64,000 nt of DNA from Methanotrichaceae archaeon (GTDB lineage: Archaea; Halobacteriota; Methanosarcinia; Methanotrichales; Methanotrichaceae), in assembly GCA_963813075.1 (NCBI GenBank), contig CAWEXU010000010.1:1-64000 (forward strand), given 5' to 3'. Made by a program: the position numbers and the translations under genes. Shown here in pieces: positions 30,478 through 41,303 of this stretch; the stretch's first letter is position 1; each line of letters begins with the position of its first letter. Below the pieces are notes generated by a model, which saw only the letters and a list, made by a program, of their open reading frames with translations, did no database searches and was not told where the DNA came from.

Positions 30478-30885
30478 TCAGGCTCCGCCGAATATAGCTA
30501 TTGGAAGGGTGTAGACGGAAGCTCCGGAGGAGACTGCCTGGGGCAGGGTGAACACACTGCCTCCTATATTGCTTGTGTTGGCATTCTTAACGGCGAACAT
30601 GGGCGTGATTGTGACAGGTGTTGCGCCCTTCAATGCAGTTGCGGCTACAGTGCTCTCCGCCTTATTCCCGAGGGTGCTGAGCTCCATCACATTGCCCTTT
30701 ACGTTGCCTCCGAGAGTTGTAGGAGCAATCGTGGGCATGCTTGGAGTGAGCTGGGGCAGGGTGATGGCATCTGCCTGGGATTTCTTACCTAATGTGCTCA
30801 GATCGATGACATCCGCAGCGCTGGCTGCGGTCAATATGCCTGATAAGAAAACGGTAGCGACGAAAACTGCGAGAATCGACTTCAT
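30478..30885 (-). CDS. secreted hypothetical protein with internal repeats
   Basis: Signal peptide; LSTLG x2, SV(F/Y)TLP x2; GGAGG RBS. Confidence 0.8.
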   Translation of the reverse strand: MKSILAVFVATVFLSGILTAASAADVIDLSTLGKKSQADAITLPQLTPSMPTIAPTTLGGNVKGNVMELSTLGNKAESTVAATALKGATPVTITPMFAVKNANTSNIGGSVFTLPQAVSSGASVYTLPIAIFGGA

Positions 30886-31104
30886 TCATGAACCTCCTTT
30901 ATAGAAAGGGTATAACCCATCGCTTCTCGTACTGGAGCTTTAACCATTTATTCTTTTTGCCTATTGAATAAGAGCTGCACTCCGAAAAATTATATTGGTA
31001 TATTGCAATTAAGTGGTATTAATATAAATAATATAAAACTTCCATGAAAACCATCGAATTAAAAATGAGCTATAAAAAATAAAAAATTAGACTGCCGGGA
31101 CTTC

Positions 31105-31905
31105 CTAGCAGTCTATGCCTTCGCAGGGCGGCTGTCTGTCCTTTTCGGGCACGGGATTCTCATGGAACTTGATGAGCTTCTCAGCCTCGAATGTTCCTGT
31201 GAACATCTCGTGGGCCTTTATGTCCTTGTAGAATATCTTGTGCCATGTAGCATCCGTTCCCCAGGTGCCGTTGAAGCTGTTCTTGGTCTCCAGGCCGATC
31301 AGATGAGCAGGATCATAGATGCCGCTTTCAGAGGTCATGAGGTCTTCTACCAATTCAGTGTCTCTGGCAGCATCCTTGAGCTTGCCGATCAGGTCCTCAG
31401 GGCTGACATTGTTCTTGGGCTGATAAGGCGTCGTGGAGACGAAGAATGCAGTCTCATCCTTCTCCATCTCATTCACCGAGAACATCTCCTGCACATCAGC
31501 TCCAATGCCTCCATAGAAGGCCTTGGAGTTCATGTACTTGCCACCGGTCAATGGGGTGGCGCCCTGATAAGTCATCTTCGTGGTCTCATAGAGATTGAAG
31601 GCCGACTTGTCGCCGCCGTTGACCGAGGAGACATTTCTCTTCAGCTTCTCTGCATTTTGTGAGTAGGCGTGTTCGGAGTCAAGCTCCAGATCGCCGTCTC
31701 CGGCCATGGTGTTATAGTACTCAAGGGCTATCTTCTTGTCAATTATGGATGTACTGACATCGATTATGCCCGATCCGGATACCTTTTGACTCTCACAGAA
31801 CTGTTCATATTGCACTGGCGGAACCAGTGGCGGATTAGCGAGCACCGTGCTGCAGCCCATAAGGGCAACTGCCAGCACCATTGCTACTATTACTACTCCC
31901 TTCAT
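31105..31905 (-). CDS. secreted hypothetical protein
   Basis: Signal peptide MKGVVIVAMVLAVALMGC..; 266-aa ORF. Confidence 0.8.
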   Translation of the reverse strand: MKGVVIVAMVLAVALMGCSTVLANPPLVPPVQYEQFCESQKVSGSGIIDVSTSIIDKKIALEYYNTMAGDGDLELDSEHAYSQNAEKLKRNVSSVNGGDKSAFNLYETTKMTYQGATPLTGGKYMNSKAFYGGIGADVQEMFSVNEMEKDETAFFVSTTPYQPKNNVSPEDLIGKLKDAARDTELVEDLMTSESGIYDPAHLIGLETKNSFNGTWGTDATWHKIFYKDIKAHEMFTGTFEAEKLIKFHENPVPEKDRQPPCEGIDC

Positions 31906-32139
31906 ATCTTTTTTCGCCCCCTATTCTTAAAGCTTTTAATTTGAGCTTATTTCGCCAAATAAGTTAGTTTGGCTTAAATAAGATATCTAACTTTTATATT
32001 ATATAAATTTAACCTTCAAACTTTAAGGCTGTCCCAGCAAGCACTTGATTCTGGATGGGGTTCATCTCCATAAGATCTGATCGATATAATCATATCAAAT
32101 ACATAATATCTAATACAATGAACTTTAAAGAGATCGATC

Positions 32140-34491
32140 ATGCCCTCGTATCTGGAGCATCCGTTTTTGAAGCCAGAGACCGTAGAAAAGAGGTTCTTCC
32201 AGCTGGACTTAGCCGCCAATGCCCTCAAGTCCTCCAGCTTGATTGTGGTTCCTACGGGTCTCGGCAAGACGGTCATAGCTCTCATGGTTCTTCTCGCCCG
32301 GCTGGACAGGGGACGGATTTTGTTCCTCGCTCCCACCAAGCCACTGGTCGAGCAGCATGCTGTCTTCCTGCGCCGGGTGCTCAAAGATAAAGATGTGGTG
32401 GTCATGATGACCGGAGAGATGATGCCCGAAAAGAGGACAGCCACCTGGGAAGGTGCGCGAATAGTGGTATCCACACCCCAGGTGATAGAAAACGATCTTC
32501 TCTCCCGCAGGATAGACCTTCAGGATGTATCGCTGATAATATTCGACGAGGCCCACAGAGCGGTGGGAAACTATGCTTACGTCTACATAGCCGAGCGTTA
32601 TGCCCGGGAGGCAGCCAATCCTCTGGTCCTGGGAATCACCGCCAGCCCGGGAAGCGAAAAGGAGAAGATCGCCGAGATCTGCACCAATCTCTCCATAGAG
32701 AATATTCAGACCCGGACGGAGAGGGACTCTGATGTAGCGCCTTTTGTTCACCAAAGAGATATCGAGTGGGTGAAGCTGACCGTTCCCAAGGAGCTTCTCG
32801 ATATCAGGACGGCGATCGAAGAGGTGTTGCGAGAGAGAATAGATGATCTCAACCGCCTGGGGATCGTCCCAATGGGGATCGACCCCAGAGCCTCGAAAAA
32901 AGAGCTCCTCGGCCTTCAGGCCATGCTCATGTCCTCTGCCAAGAGACAGGCCAATCCGGCCAGCTTCAAGGGCATCTCCATTCTGGCCGAGGTTCTGAAG
33001 CTCCATCATGCCGTAGATCTGGCGGAGACCCAGGGCACAGAGGCCCTTCTCAAGTACTTCCAGCGGCTGCAGGGTGAGGCCCTCTCCAAGAGCGGCTCGA
33101 AGGCCTCCAGACGGATAATGGAGGACCCGAAGTTCCGCCAGGCCATGCAGGCCCTGGAGGAGCTGAAGGTGGAGCATCCCAAGCCCGCTATGGTCAGGAA
33201 GATACTGACCGAGCAGATCGAGGCCAGGCCCGAGTCCAGGATCATGGTCTTCACCAACTACAGGGATACTGCCTCTGCTCTCCTCCGATTTCTGAAGGAC
33301 GATCCAGAGATCAAAGCGGTCCGCTTTGTGGGCCAGTCCAGCCGGGCGGATGACGAGGGCCTGAGCCAGAAAAAGCAGGCAGAGATCTTGCAGAGCTTCA
33401 GGGACGGGGAGTATAACGTCCTGATCGCCACCTCTGTGGGGGAGGAGGGAATCGATATTCCGGCCACGGATATGGTCTTATTCTACGAGCCGGTTCCCTC
33501 TGAGATTCGCAGCATTCAGCGCAAAGGCAGGACGGGCAGGGCGCGGAGCGGGAGGGTGGTGGTCCTGATGGCCAAGGGCACCCGTGATGAGGCCTATTAC
33601 TGGATATCTGACCGCAAAGAAAAGACGATGAACAGGCAAATGCGAGATCTGAGCGGCCAGGCTTCTGAGTCATTGTCCCGGGAGTTCTCCCCCCGCCAGC
33701 GGCAGATCACAGAGGAGCATCCTGGGGGCCAGAGCGCTGAACCATTCATTGCTGATGAATTTATTGCCGGGACATCCGTCGAGATAGAGGGTGGTGCTCA
33801 GGCAGAAAAGCAGGACCGGAAAGGTCCGGTGAGCCTGGCGAATTGGGCGACGGAAAGGGGCAAGATCTATGTGGACCCCAGAGAGCGGGGAATGGCCAGG
33901 CTTCTGGAGGCGAGAGGGCTTGAGATCACCCTCCGCAATCTGGAGGTGGGCGACTATGTGGTCAGCGACAGAGTGGCGATCGAGCGGAAGACCGCCCAGG
34001 ATTTCGTGGCCTCGATAATCGATCCGGAGAGAAACCTCTTCCGACAGTTAAAGGATCTATCCCGGAGCTACGAGCGGCCGGTTCTAATTTTGGAGGGAAG
34101 AGACCTGTACTCCAGGCAGGTGAGCGCGAACTCCATTCAGGGTGCTCTGGCAACAGTCGCAGTTGATTTGGGCGTGCCCATCATCCCCACAGAGGACCAG
34201 GAGGATACAGCATCGGTCATCAGCATGCTCGCCTCCCGGGAGCAGAAGGAGGGGCACGAGCCGAAGCTTCACGGCCACAAGACCGCCCGAACGCTAAAAG
34301 AGCAGCAGGAGTATTTGATTTCCGCTATTCCCAGCGTGGGGCCGTCGGTGGCAAGAAACCTCCTCCGGCACTTCGGATCGATTGAAAAGGTGATGACCGC
34401 CAGGAAGGATGAGCTGCAAGAGGTGGACATGGTGGGGCCCAAGATCGCAGAGCGCATCCGGGAGCTGGTTGAAGGAGAATATAAGGGCTAG
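32140..34491 (+). CDS. hef: Hef helicase-nuclease (DEAH + ERCC4 + HhH)
   Basis: PTGLGKT, DEAH, TASPG, QRKGRTGR, VGDY..ERKT. Confidence 0.95.
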   Translation: MPSYLEHPFLKPETVEKRFFQLDLAANALKSSSLIVVPTGLGKTVIALMVLLARLDRGRILFLAPTKPLVEQHAVFLRRVLKDKDVVVMMTGEMMPEKRTATWEGARIVVSTPQVIENDLLSRRIDLQDVSLIIFDEAHRAVGNYAYVYIAERYAREAANPLVLGITASPGSEKEKIAEICTNLSIENIQTRTERDSDVAPFVHQRDIEWVKLTVPKELLDIRTAIEEVLRERIDDLNRLGIVPMGIDPRASKKELLGLQAMLMSSAKRQANPASFKGISILAEVLKLHHAVDLAETQGTEALLKYFQRLQGEALSKSGSKASRRIMEDPKFRQAMQALEELKVEHPKPAMVRKILTEQIEARPESRIMVFTNYRDTASALLRFLKDDPEIKAVRFVGQSSRADDEGLSQKKQAEILQSFRDGEYNVLIATSVGEEGIDIPATDMVLFYEPVPSEIRSIQRKGRTGRARSGRVVVLMAKGTRDEAYYWISDRKEKTMNRQMRDLSGQASESLSREFSPRQRQITEEHPGGQSAEPFIADEFIAGTSVEIEGGAQAEKQDRKGPVSLANWATERGKIYVDPRERGMARLLEARGLEITLRNLEVGDYVVSDRVAIERKTAQDFVASIIDPERNLFRQLKDLSRSYERPVLILEGRDLYSRQVSANSIQGALATVAVDLGVPIIPTEDQEDTASVISMLASREQKEGHEPKLHGHKTARTLKEQQEYLISAIPSVGPSVARNLLRHFGSIEKVMTARKDELQEVDMVGPKIAERIRELVEGEYKG

Positions 34492-34666
34492 GTGGGCTAG
34501 ATAACTGATGAAAAGGCGGGTATTTCTGGAATTTAACCAACAAGTATATAAGGCAATTAGACCACCCTGAAGGTGCTGCACAAGCGTCGCTTCAATTGAG
34601 TTTGATGGGATGTTTTGTAGTATAGGATCGGTTCATGGAATCGATGCCAAAGGTAAGTGAGTTTAA

Positions 34667-34852
34667 ATGGAAAGATATGGAAGCGGAAGCAGAGGCGGCT
34701 ACAGCAGCGGCCCGAGAGAGATGCACGATGCCACTTGCGCTGAGTGCGGAAAGACGTGTCAGGTTCCTTTCAAGCCCGATGGCTCCAGGCCAGTTTATTG
34801 CAGCGACTGCTACCAGAAGCATAAGCCAGCCAGACCACCCAGAAGATACTGA
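34667..34852 (+). CDS. CxxC-x17-CxxC Zn-finger protein
   Basis: REMHDATCAECGKTCQVPFKPDGSRPVYCSDC. Confidence 0.92.
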   Translation: MERYGSGSRGGYSSGPREMHDATCAECGKTCQVPFKPDGSRPVYCSDCYQKHKPARPPRRY

Positions 34853-34927
34853 ACTGGAAAATCATCCCTTTTTTGGGATTGTATAGGAAGCGGGGTCGAT
34901 TTTTTTAAGCCCTGCATGAACTCATTT

Positions 34928-35176
34928 TTAATCATCCTTCTCCCAGAGAGTCGATCCCTGGTAAGATATTCGCCGGATGCGGTGGACGGGTATGAGCTTC
35001 GTTTTCAGATCCGAATTTATCACCATAATCCCCCGCTCTATACGGATGATCTCATCTCCACCGGCTGCAGATATGTCGCCCGGAGCCCCCCGGTCAACGT
35101 ACTCTACCCTTACTCTGCCCAGATCATACTGAGGATCGTGGATGAGACGCAGCAGAAGGGCGTGACTGGTCCTCAT
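34928..35176 (-). CDS. DUF504 / RNA-repair-associated domain protein
   Basis: HDP..YVDRGAP...IPVHRIRRI. Confidence 0.85.
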   Translation of the reverse strand: MRTSHALLLRLIHDPQYDLGRVRVEYVDRGAPGDISAAGGDEIIRIERGIMVINSDLKTKLIPVHRIRRISYQGSTLWEKDD

Positions 35177-35208
35177 TCTTATCCGCTACCCAACTCTTGC
35201 TAATTCTT

Positions 35209-35370
35209 CTATCCTACTCGCCAGGCACCATCCTTCAGGTCAGGATTGGGGATCCTCCCCTGATAGCCGCACATCTTGCAGCAAATCCTCATATTCAGTC
35301 CATCAAAGGCCCTGGCTTCTGCCACATATCCGCATCTAGGGCAGTTGGTCAGGAAATGGGTTCCTGGCAT
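35209..35370 (-). CDS. 53-aa CPxCG Zn-finger microprotein; absent from the ORF track
   Basis: MPGTHFLTNCPRCGYVAEARAFDGLNMRICCKMCGYQGRIPNPDLKDGAWRVG; GGAGGAG RBS. Confidence 0.7.
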   Translation of the reverse strand: MPGTHFLTNCPRCGYVAEARAFDGLNMRICCKMCGYQGRIPNPDLKDGAWRVG

Positions 35371-35478
35371 TGCTCCTCCCTGGCCCAAACAGTGGCATTG
35401 TCATCGATCTATTCCTCGCAAGCGTTATGTGAGTATGATCTATCAAAGAGAATCACTCTCCATCGGCAACTATTAGCA

Positions 35479-35545
35479 GCTATCCGCACTCTATCATTCG
35501 CTATCGCACTCTATCATCCGCTATCAGCACTCTATCATCCGCTCT
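35479..35545. repeat. ~21-nt tandem repeat x3
   Basis: GCTATC(N)GCACTCTATCATYC units just past the stop codon at 35550. Confidence 0.85.
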
Positions 35546-35549
35546 CTAT

Positions 35550-35880
35550 TCAGCGGTCCAGGCTCTCGGCACTGATGCCTGCTGCGGCAAGCTCTGCTCC
35601 AATCAGCTCATTTAAGAGGCCGGCCCGGATCTGCTGGGCATAGTTCCATAAATCAGGCCCGCATTTGCCGCAGTCCTTGCTTGATTCCTCCAGGATCCTG
35701 ACCAGATCGAGCAGGGAGCGGTACATCAGTGGAGCCGCATCCTGGAGCTTCTGCTTCAAAAGGGCTAGGGCCACCAGGTCCCTGGATCAGTCTGCAGTCT
35801 CCCTCCCTCCAGGCCATGCAGCGCTCATCGATGCATTCTCTGGCCACAAAGGGGCAGGCTTTATGCAGTTTGGACAGTTG
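35550..35880 (-). CDS. Cys-rich hypothetical protein (probably frameshifted ~35780)
   Basis: KACPFVARECIDERCMAWREGDC in one frame, APLMYRSLLD..CGKC in the next. Confidence 0.5.
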
Positions 35881-36061
35881 CAGGTCACCTTACCGGAAGC
35901 TGAATTGAGATTACTTAGTGACTATATATTGTGCTTTTGAGGTGTTATTTCTTTCCCTGGATTTTGCCCTGATTACCCTTGGGATGTGTTCTCTGAATCC
36001 CTGGCGATCAACCTTTGCGGGAAAGCTTAATAGCTCAGAAGCGGCGACTACCTCTCTGGAT

Positions 36062-36150
36062 GGGCTCGTAGGGTAGTGGACATCCTAGCGGGCTTCGGTG
36101 ACATTTGTCGGAGATACCCGCTGACCTGGGTTCGAGTCCCAGCGAGTCCG
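36062..36150 (+). tRNA. tRNA-Arg(TCG) with 17-nt intron (36099-36115)
   Basis: Acceptor GGGCTCG/CGAGTCC; GCGGG-CTTCGG[intron]A-CCCGC; bulge-helix-bulge CTTC/GGAG; A20; T-loop GGTTCGAGTCC. Confidence 0.95.
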
Positions 36151-36178
36151 TTCCATTTTTTCCCTGAGAAGGAGCGAG

Positions 36179-36505
36179 ATGAAAATGGGAAAATTCAAAG
36201 CAGCATTTATGTTTGTATCGCCGGATTGCGATCCAAAAGAGCATATTGTGAGGCTATCCACGCCGGAAAGGCTGAACGGGACGGCGGTGGGCGTCAAGGA
36301 CTACGATCAGGCGGTCTTTGTGGCAAAGGAATTGGCAGACCAGGGTTTTGAGGCTATTGAGCTGTGTGGCGGCTTCGGCCATATTGGAGTGGCCAGGGTG
36401 GCAGAGGCAGTTGAAGGCAGGGCGGTTGTAGGAGTGGTTCGCTTTGACCACCATCCTGGGATGGGGCATAAGAGCGGCGACGAGTTCTTCCTTAAAGGGG
36501 ATTAA
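36179..36505 (+). CDS. DUF6506-like protein
   Basis: KAAFMF, IELCGGFG, VGVVRFDHHPG. Confidence 0.75.
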   Translation: MKMGKFKAAFMFVSPDCDPKEHIVRLSTPERLNGTAVGVKDYDQAVFVAKELADQGFEAIELCGGFGHIGVARVAEAVEGRAVVGVVRFDHHPGMGHKSGDEFFLKGD

Positions 36506-36508
36506 TAA

Positions 36509-37454
36509 TTGGTGGACTTTTTCGGCAAAAAAAGGCTGGAAGAGCGCATAATCGAGCTGGAGGAAGCAATAGCAGTACAGGAGCGCGAGAGAGAAGAGCT
36601 GGTTCGCACTCTGGAAAAAAGGGATGAGAAGATCAAAAGGCTTACCAGCGCCAATCAGGAGGCCAATATAGCCCTGAAGGCGTTGGAGCGAAAGGCTGCC
36701 GCGCAGATTGCCTCCACCGCTCAGATTACGGAACAGGTGGGGGAAAAGCCGGGGTTGCCTGATGCCATGGAAGCCGTACACGAGAGAGCTGAATATCCTC
36801 ATTCAGAGGCTCAAAGGATTCCGTTCACCCAGGGAGGATCTGCTGGTTGCATGCTTTCCCTCATCCGTACCCGAAAGCTCAGGCCTCCCGGAGAAAATCA
36901 GAAATGCGGCGAATATGGTTAAATCCCCGCGGGGAAAGATAGTCATATACTGTCCCCAGCTTTTTGCCCTGCTGTTCATTCCACCCTTTCCCATCAAGGA
37001 GGGTGTATCCAGAGAGGGCGGCACCTTTTTCCTCGAGCCCATCTCTGAGATGATGGACTGTCCTGTTTTAGTGGTATCAGCTCACGCGGGAAGCACATTC
37101 CTGGGAGTGGCATTGAGCCGGGAAGGCTTCGAGGTGAAGGAGCTGGTGGAAAGCCAGGTGAAAGAGAAGCACTCCAAAGGGGGATGGAGCCAGAAGAGGT
37201 TTGAGAGGCTGCGCGAGGAGGATATCAAAAATCATTTCGATCTCGTCACAGAGAAGCTCGCCCAGCTTGAGAGCAAATACGGGAGCATTGTGAAATATGC
37301 TGTCCTTGGTGGTGAGGAAAGCCTCGTCCGGCAGATCGCACCTAACATCCGCCTGCCCCTGGTGGAGAAAAGGCTGGAGCAGCATGATGAAAAGGATCTG
37401 GACTCGCTCTTAGAAGAGGTCTATCTTTTCACATGCTACAGGATAGAGATATAG
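36509..37454 (+). CDS. VLRF1/Vms1-like release-factor family protein with coiled coil (frameshift ~36760)
   Basis: VKEKHSKGGWSQKRFERLREE; N-terminal coiled coil in 36509-36922. Confidence 0.8.
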
Positions 37455-37462
37455 GAAAAGAA

Positions 37463-38305
37463 ATGACACCAGAATCAGCAGAATCGGCAGAAGAAAAAGA
37501 AGATCCCGAAGAGCTCATGCGCTCTCGGGACTGGCATGTGAGACGAAAGCTGGCCTGGAATCCTGATACTTCTGAGGAAATCCTGAGCTTTCTCGGCCGG
37601 GATACAGTGCAATGGGTAAGAGAGGCGGTGGCGGGCAATCCTCGCACCCCTGCATCGACATTGGCCCGGCTGGCCGAGGACAGCTCGGGATTTGTGAGAG
37701 CAGCCGTGGCCCTGAACCCTCAGGCTACGAGCGAGATTCTGGAGGCTCTGGCAGGAGACGAGATGACGGACTACGACTCCACCCTGCAAGTGAATCGATA
37801 TCTCGTGAAGGAAGCGGCGGCAAAAAGCGCTAATATAAGCCTCCCGGCCCTGGAATTTCTCGCCCGCGATCCAGATGAGCACGTGCGGGCATCTGCCGCC
37901 ACCAATCCCAGGCTTTCGGCCGAGCTGATGAAAAAGATGGTCCGGGATGTGAGCTGGCTGGTGAGAAACAATTTAGCCCAAAATCCGTCCACTCCCGAGG
38001 AGCTGCTGGTATACCTTTCTCTAGACCGGATCATGGACGTGAGAGCGACGGCTGCTCTTAATCCCCGCACTCCGGCAGAGGCGCTGGCTGCTCTTGCTGC
38101 GGACAGGAGCTGGGAGATAAGAGAGGCGGTGGCCCGCAATCCAGCGGTTGATGGAAAGATCCTTGACGAGCTCGCAGGTTACTGGTCCTGGGCGGTGAGG
38201 GAGGCGGTGGCCAAAAATCCTCGCACCTCCGTCCAGACGCTGAAAAGACTGGCTCAGGATCCCGACCAGAGCGTGCAGAAGGCGGCCAGCAGTCGGCTGA
38301 ATTGA
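37463..38305 (+). CDS. HEAT/LRV-repeat protein
   Basis: Repeated VRxAVAxNPxTP..L..LA.D. Confidence 0.88.
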   Translation: MTPESAESAEEKEDPEELMRSRDWHVRRKLAWNPDTSEEILSFLGRDTVQWVREAVAGNPRTPASTLARLAEDSSGFVRAAVALNPQATSEILEALAGDEMTDYDSTLQVNRYLVKEAAAKSANISLPALEFLARDPDEHVRASAATNPRLSAELMKKMVRDVSWLVRNNLAQNPSTPEELLVYLSLDRIMDVRATAALNPRTPAEALAALAADRSWEIREAVARNPAVDGKILDELAGYWSWAVREAVAKNPRTSVQTLKRLAQDPDQSVQKAASSRLN

Positions 38306-38443
38306 TTCGCCGCTTTTTTAATGCGACTGCTTATTTTGCCTCTTCACCGAAATAGTAATCAACCAGATCATATAACGAAAATTTCATGAATTTGAGCCCA
38401 TGGAAATCTCAGCCGCAATATAGCTCTCGGTGGAGGCATTGAG

Positions 38444-41195
38444 TTGGATGCGGTAATAGATGCCCATTCAATTCCTGCAGATGAAGTAATATTGGCATTA
38501 AAAGCAAACCCCGACGGCCTGGGAAAAGATGAGGTTTCCGAGAGGCTGAAGATTTATGGGCCTAACAGCCTTCCCAAACCGAAGACGACAAGCGTTGCCG
38601 TCTTCTTTCTCCGCCAATTTTACAGTCCATTGATTTACATTCTACTCGCAGCAGCGGCCATCTCCCTCTTCCTGGGGGACTGGCAGGAGAGCATATTCAT
38701 CATGATTGTGCTCCTGCTCAACTCGGTCATCGGCACCATCCAGGAGTATTCGGCGGAGAAGAGCGCTGAAGCATTGAAGGATATGGTCCGAACCAGGACC
38801 CGGGTGATCAGGGATGGAGAGGAGTTCGAGATAGACTCCGAGGAGCTTGTCCCTGGCGACATAGTCCTCCTGGAGTCAGGGGGCAGGGTCCCGGCAGACG
38901 TCAGACTGATATCCGTCCAGGATCTGGTGATCGACGAGTCTCTGCTCACCGGAGAGTCCATACCGGACAGCAAGGACTCCGAGCTGATCCTTGACCCGAG
39001 GACCCCTCTGGGCGACAGGGAGAACATGGCCTTTGCCGGCACCATTGTAGTCTCTGGTAGGGGCAAAGGTGTGGTGGTCAGCACAGGATCGCAAACCGCA
39101 GTGGGCGGACTGGCCGCTTCATTGGCCGGCAAGCCCGAGACCAAGCCCCCTCTGATCCTGCGTATGGAGAAGTTCAACTCCAAGATCGCTCTGGGCGTTG
39201 CGGTGGCGGTGGCGGTGATCTTCGCGGTGGAGATCTACCGGGGCGAGCCCATCTATGATATCTTCATGCAGTCAGTGGCCCTGGCGGTGGCTGCAGTCCC
39301 CGAGGGCCTGCCTGTGGCCATGACTGTAGCTTTGTCCATAGGCATGTCCCGCATGGCGAAAAGGAATGTCATCGTCCGCCGGCTGGTGGCGGTGGAGGCC
39401 CTGGGTTCATGCAACTTCATCGCTTCGGATAAGACGGGAACCCTGACCGTCAACCAGCTTACCGTTACCAGGGCTATCATTCCCGGCCGGGATGGCTGGA
39501 ATTTGATCGAGCTGGCGAAAGGCCCGATAACCGCAGAGGTGGCAGAGGAGGAAGGGGGATCTGCAGGGAGTGATGCCGAAGGAGGTCCGTCCGCTCCGTC
39601 CGCTGTCCAGGCTGGCCAGGCTGTCCAGCTATCTATTCTGAAGCCCCTGGCCAGAGCCTCGGTCCTGGCAAATGAGGCATTTTCCGGTTTCAGGGACGGC
39701 AAATGGGAGTACCACGGAGATGCAGTGGACGTAGCCCTGCTCATGATGGCCCTGGAAGGAGGGATAACCCAGCAGGAGGAAGAGAACAACTATCCCAAGG
39801 ATCGCCCAGATACCCTTTGAATCCAAGCGCCAGTTCTCAGCCACCCTCCATCAGGGTCCGGATGGAAAAATCGCCTTCGTTAAGGGCTCACCAGAGAAGA
39901 TCCTCAAGATGAGCAGCAAGATGGCGACCTCCGAGGGCGAGATTCCCCTGGATTCGGCGGGGGCGAATAAAGAGGGCGAGTCTCTGGCCACTGCGGGCTT
40001 CAGACTCCTGGCCCTGGCCAGTGGAAAGTTTCCGGATAATGAGGAGTTCACCGAGGACCGGCTGGAGGGCCTCACATTTCTGGGATTGGTGGGGATGATC
40101 GATCCCCTCCGGCCTGAGGCAAAAGCAGCAGTGGAAGCATGCAAGCGCTCCGGGGTCCAGGTGGCCATGGTCACCGGAGACCACCCGGCAACCGCTTTCG
40201 CCATCTCTCGCGAGCTGGGGCTGGCAGATAGCCCCGATCAGGTGGTCACCGGAATCGAGCTGAAGGATGCCGAGGCCAAAGGCCCGGAGGCAGTCGATGC
40301 CCTGACCCGTAAAGGCAGGGTCTACGCCCGGGTTGAGCCCCAGCAGAAGGTTCTGATCACCAACTCTCTGGTGAGAAATGGCAAGCTGGTGGCAGTTACC
40401 GGCGACGGAGCCAACGATGCCCCAGCGCTGCATGCTGCCCATGTGGGGGTGGCCATGGGCAAGGGCGGGACCGATGTGGCCAAGGAGAGCGCTGACCTGA
40501 TCATCACCGATGACAACTTCGCCTCCATAGTCTCGGGAATCGAGGAAGGGAGGATAGTCTACAACAACCTGAGAAAGGTGATCTTCTTCTCCATATCCAC
40601 CGGAGTGGCAGAGATCTTCCTGTTCATCCTGGCATTGATATTCAATATGCCCCTTCCCCTGATCGCCGTGCAGCTGCTCTGGCTGAACCTGGTCACCAAC
40701 GGCATTCAGGATGTGGCCCTGGCCTTTGAGCCTGCTGAGGGCGGGGAGATGAACCGGGACCCGAGGCCGGCCAACGAGCCGATATTCAACCGCTTGATGG
40801 TGGAAAGAGTGGCTCTGGTGGCGCTTGTCGTCGGCGGTCTGACCTATGCCGTCTTCCACTGGCAGGTAGCTATAGGAAAGAGCATTGAGGAGGCGAGAAA
40901 CATCGCTATGATCATGATGGTCCTCTTTGAGAATGCAGTGGTCTTCGCCAGCCGGTCTGAGCTCAAGAGCGCCTTTGCCACCAGTCCCCTTAGAAATCCC
41001 CTGCTGGTCTTCGGCACCATAGCCGCCATTCTGATCCAGGTGGCTGCCATGTACCTGCCCGGTCTCTCGGACGTGCTGCAGATTCATCCCGTTTCCATTT
41101 ATCAGTGGGTGGAGCTGGTGGGAATAGCCCTGCTGGCCTTCGCCGCCATAGAGCTGTATAAATTCATGCGCCGGAGGTATCCGCTGAGTGGGTGA
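38444..41195 (+). CDS. P-type cation-transporting ATPase, type II (frameshift ~39800)
   Basis: TGES, PEGLP, DKTGT, TGD, GDGANDAPAL. Confidence 0.95.
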
Positions 41196-41303
41196 TGATC
41201 AGGAAATCGATCGGGACGATAAATCGATCTAGATGATAAAAGGCAGATGATCGAGATTCTAAAAGGCAGATTATAGAAGTAGAAGGCAGAGCGAGAGGGG
41301 CGG

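Noticed and set aside
35479..35545. CRISPR array (also considered at 45233, 54503 and 23851)
   Set aside because: Head-to-tail repeats without unique spacers; no cas genes
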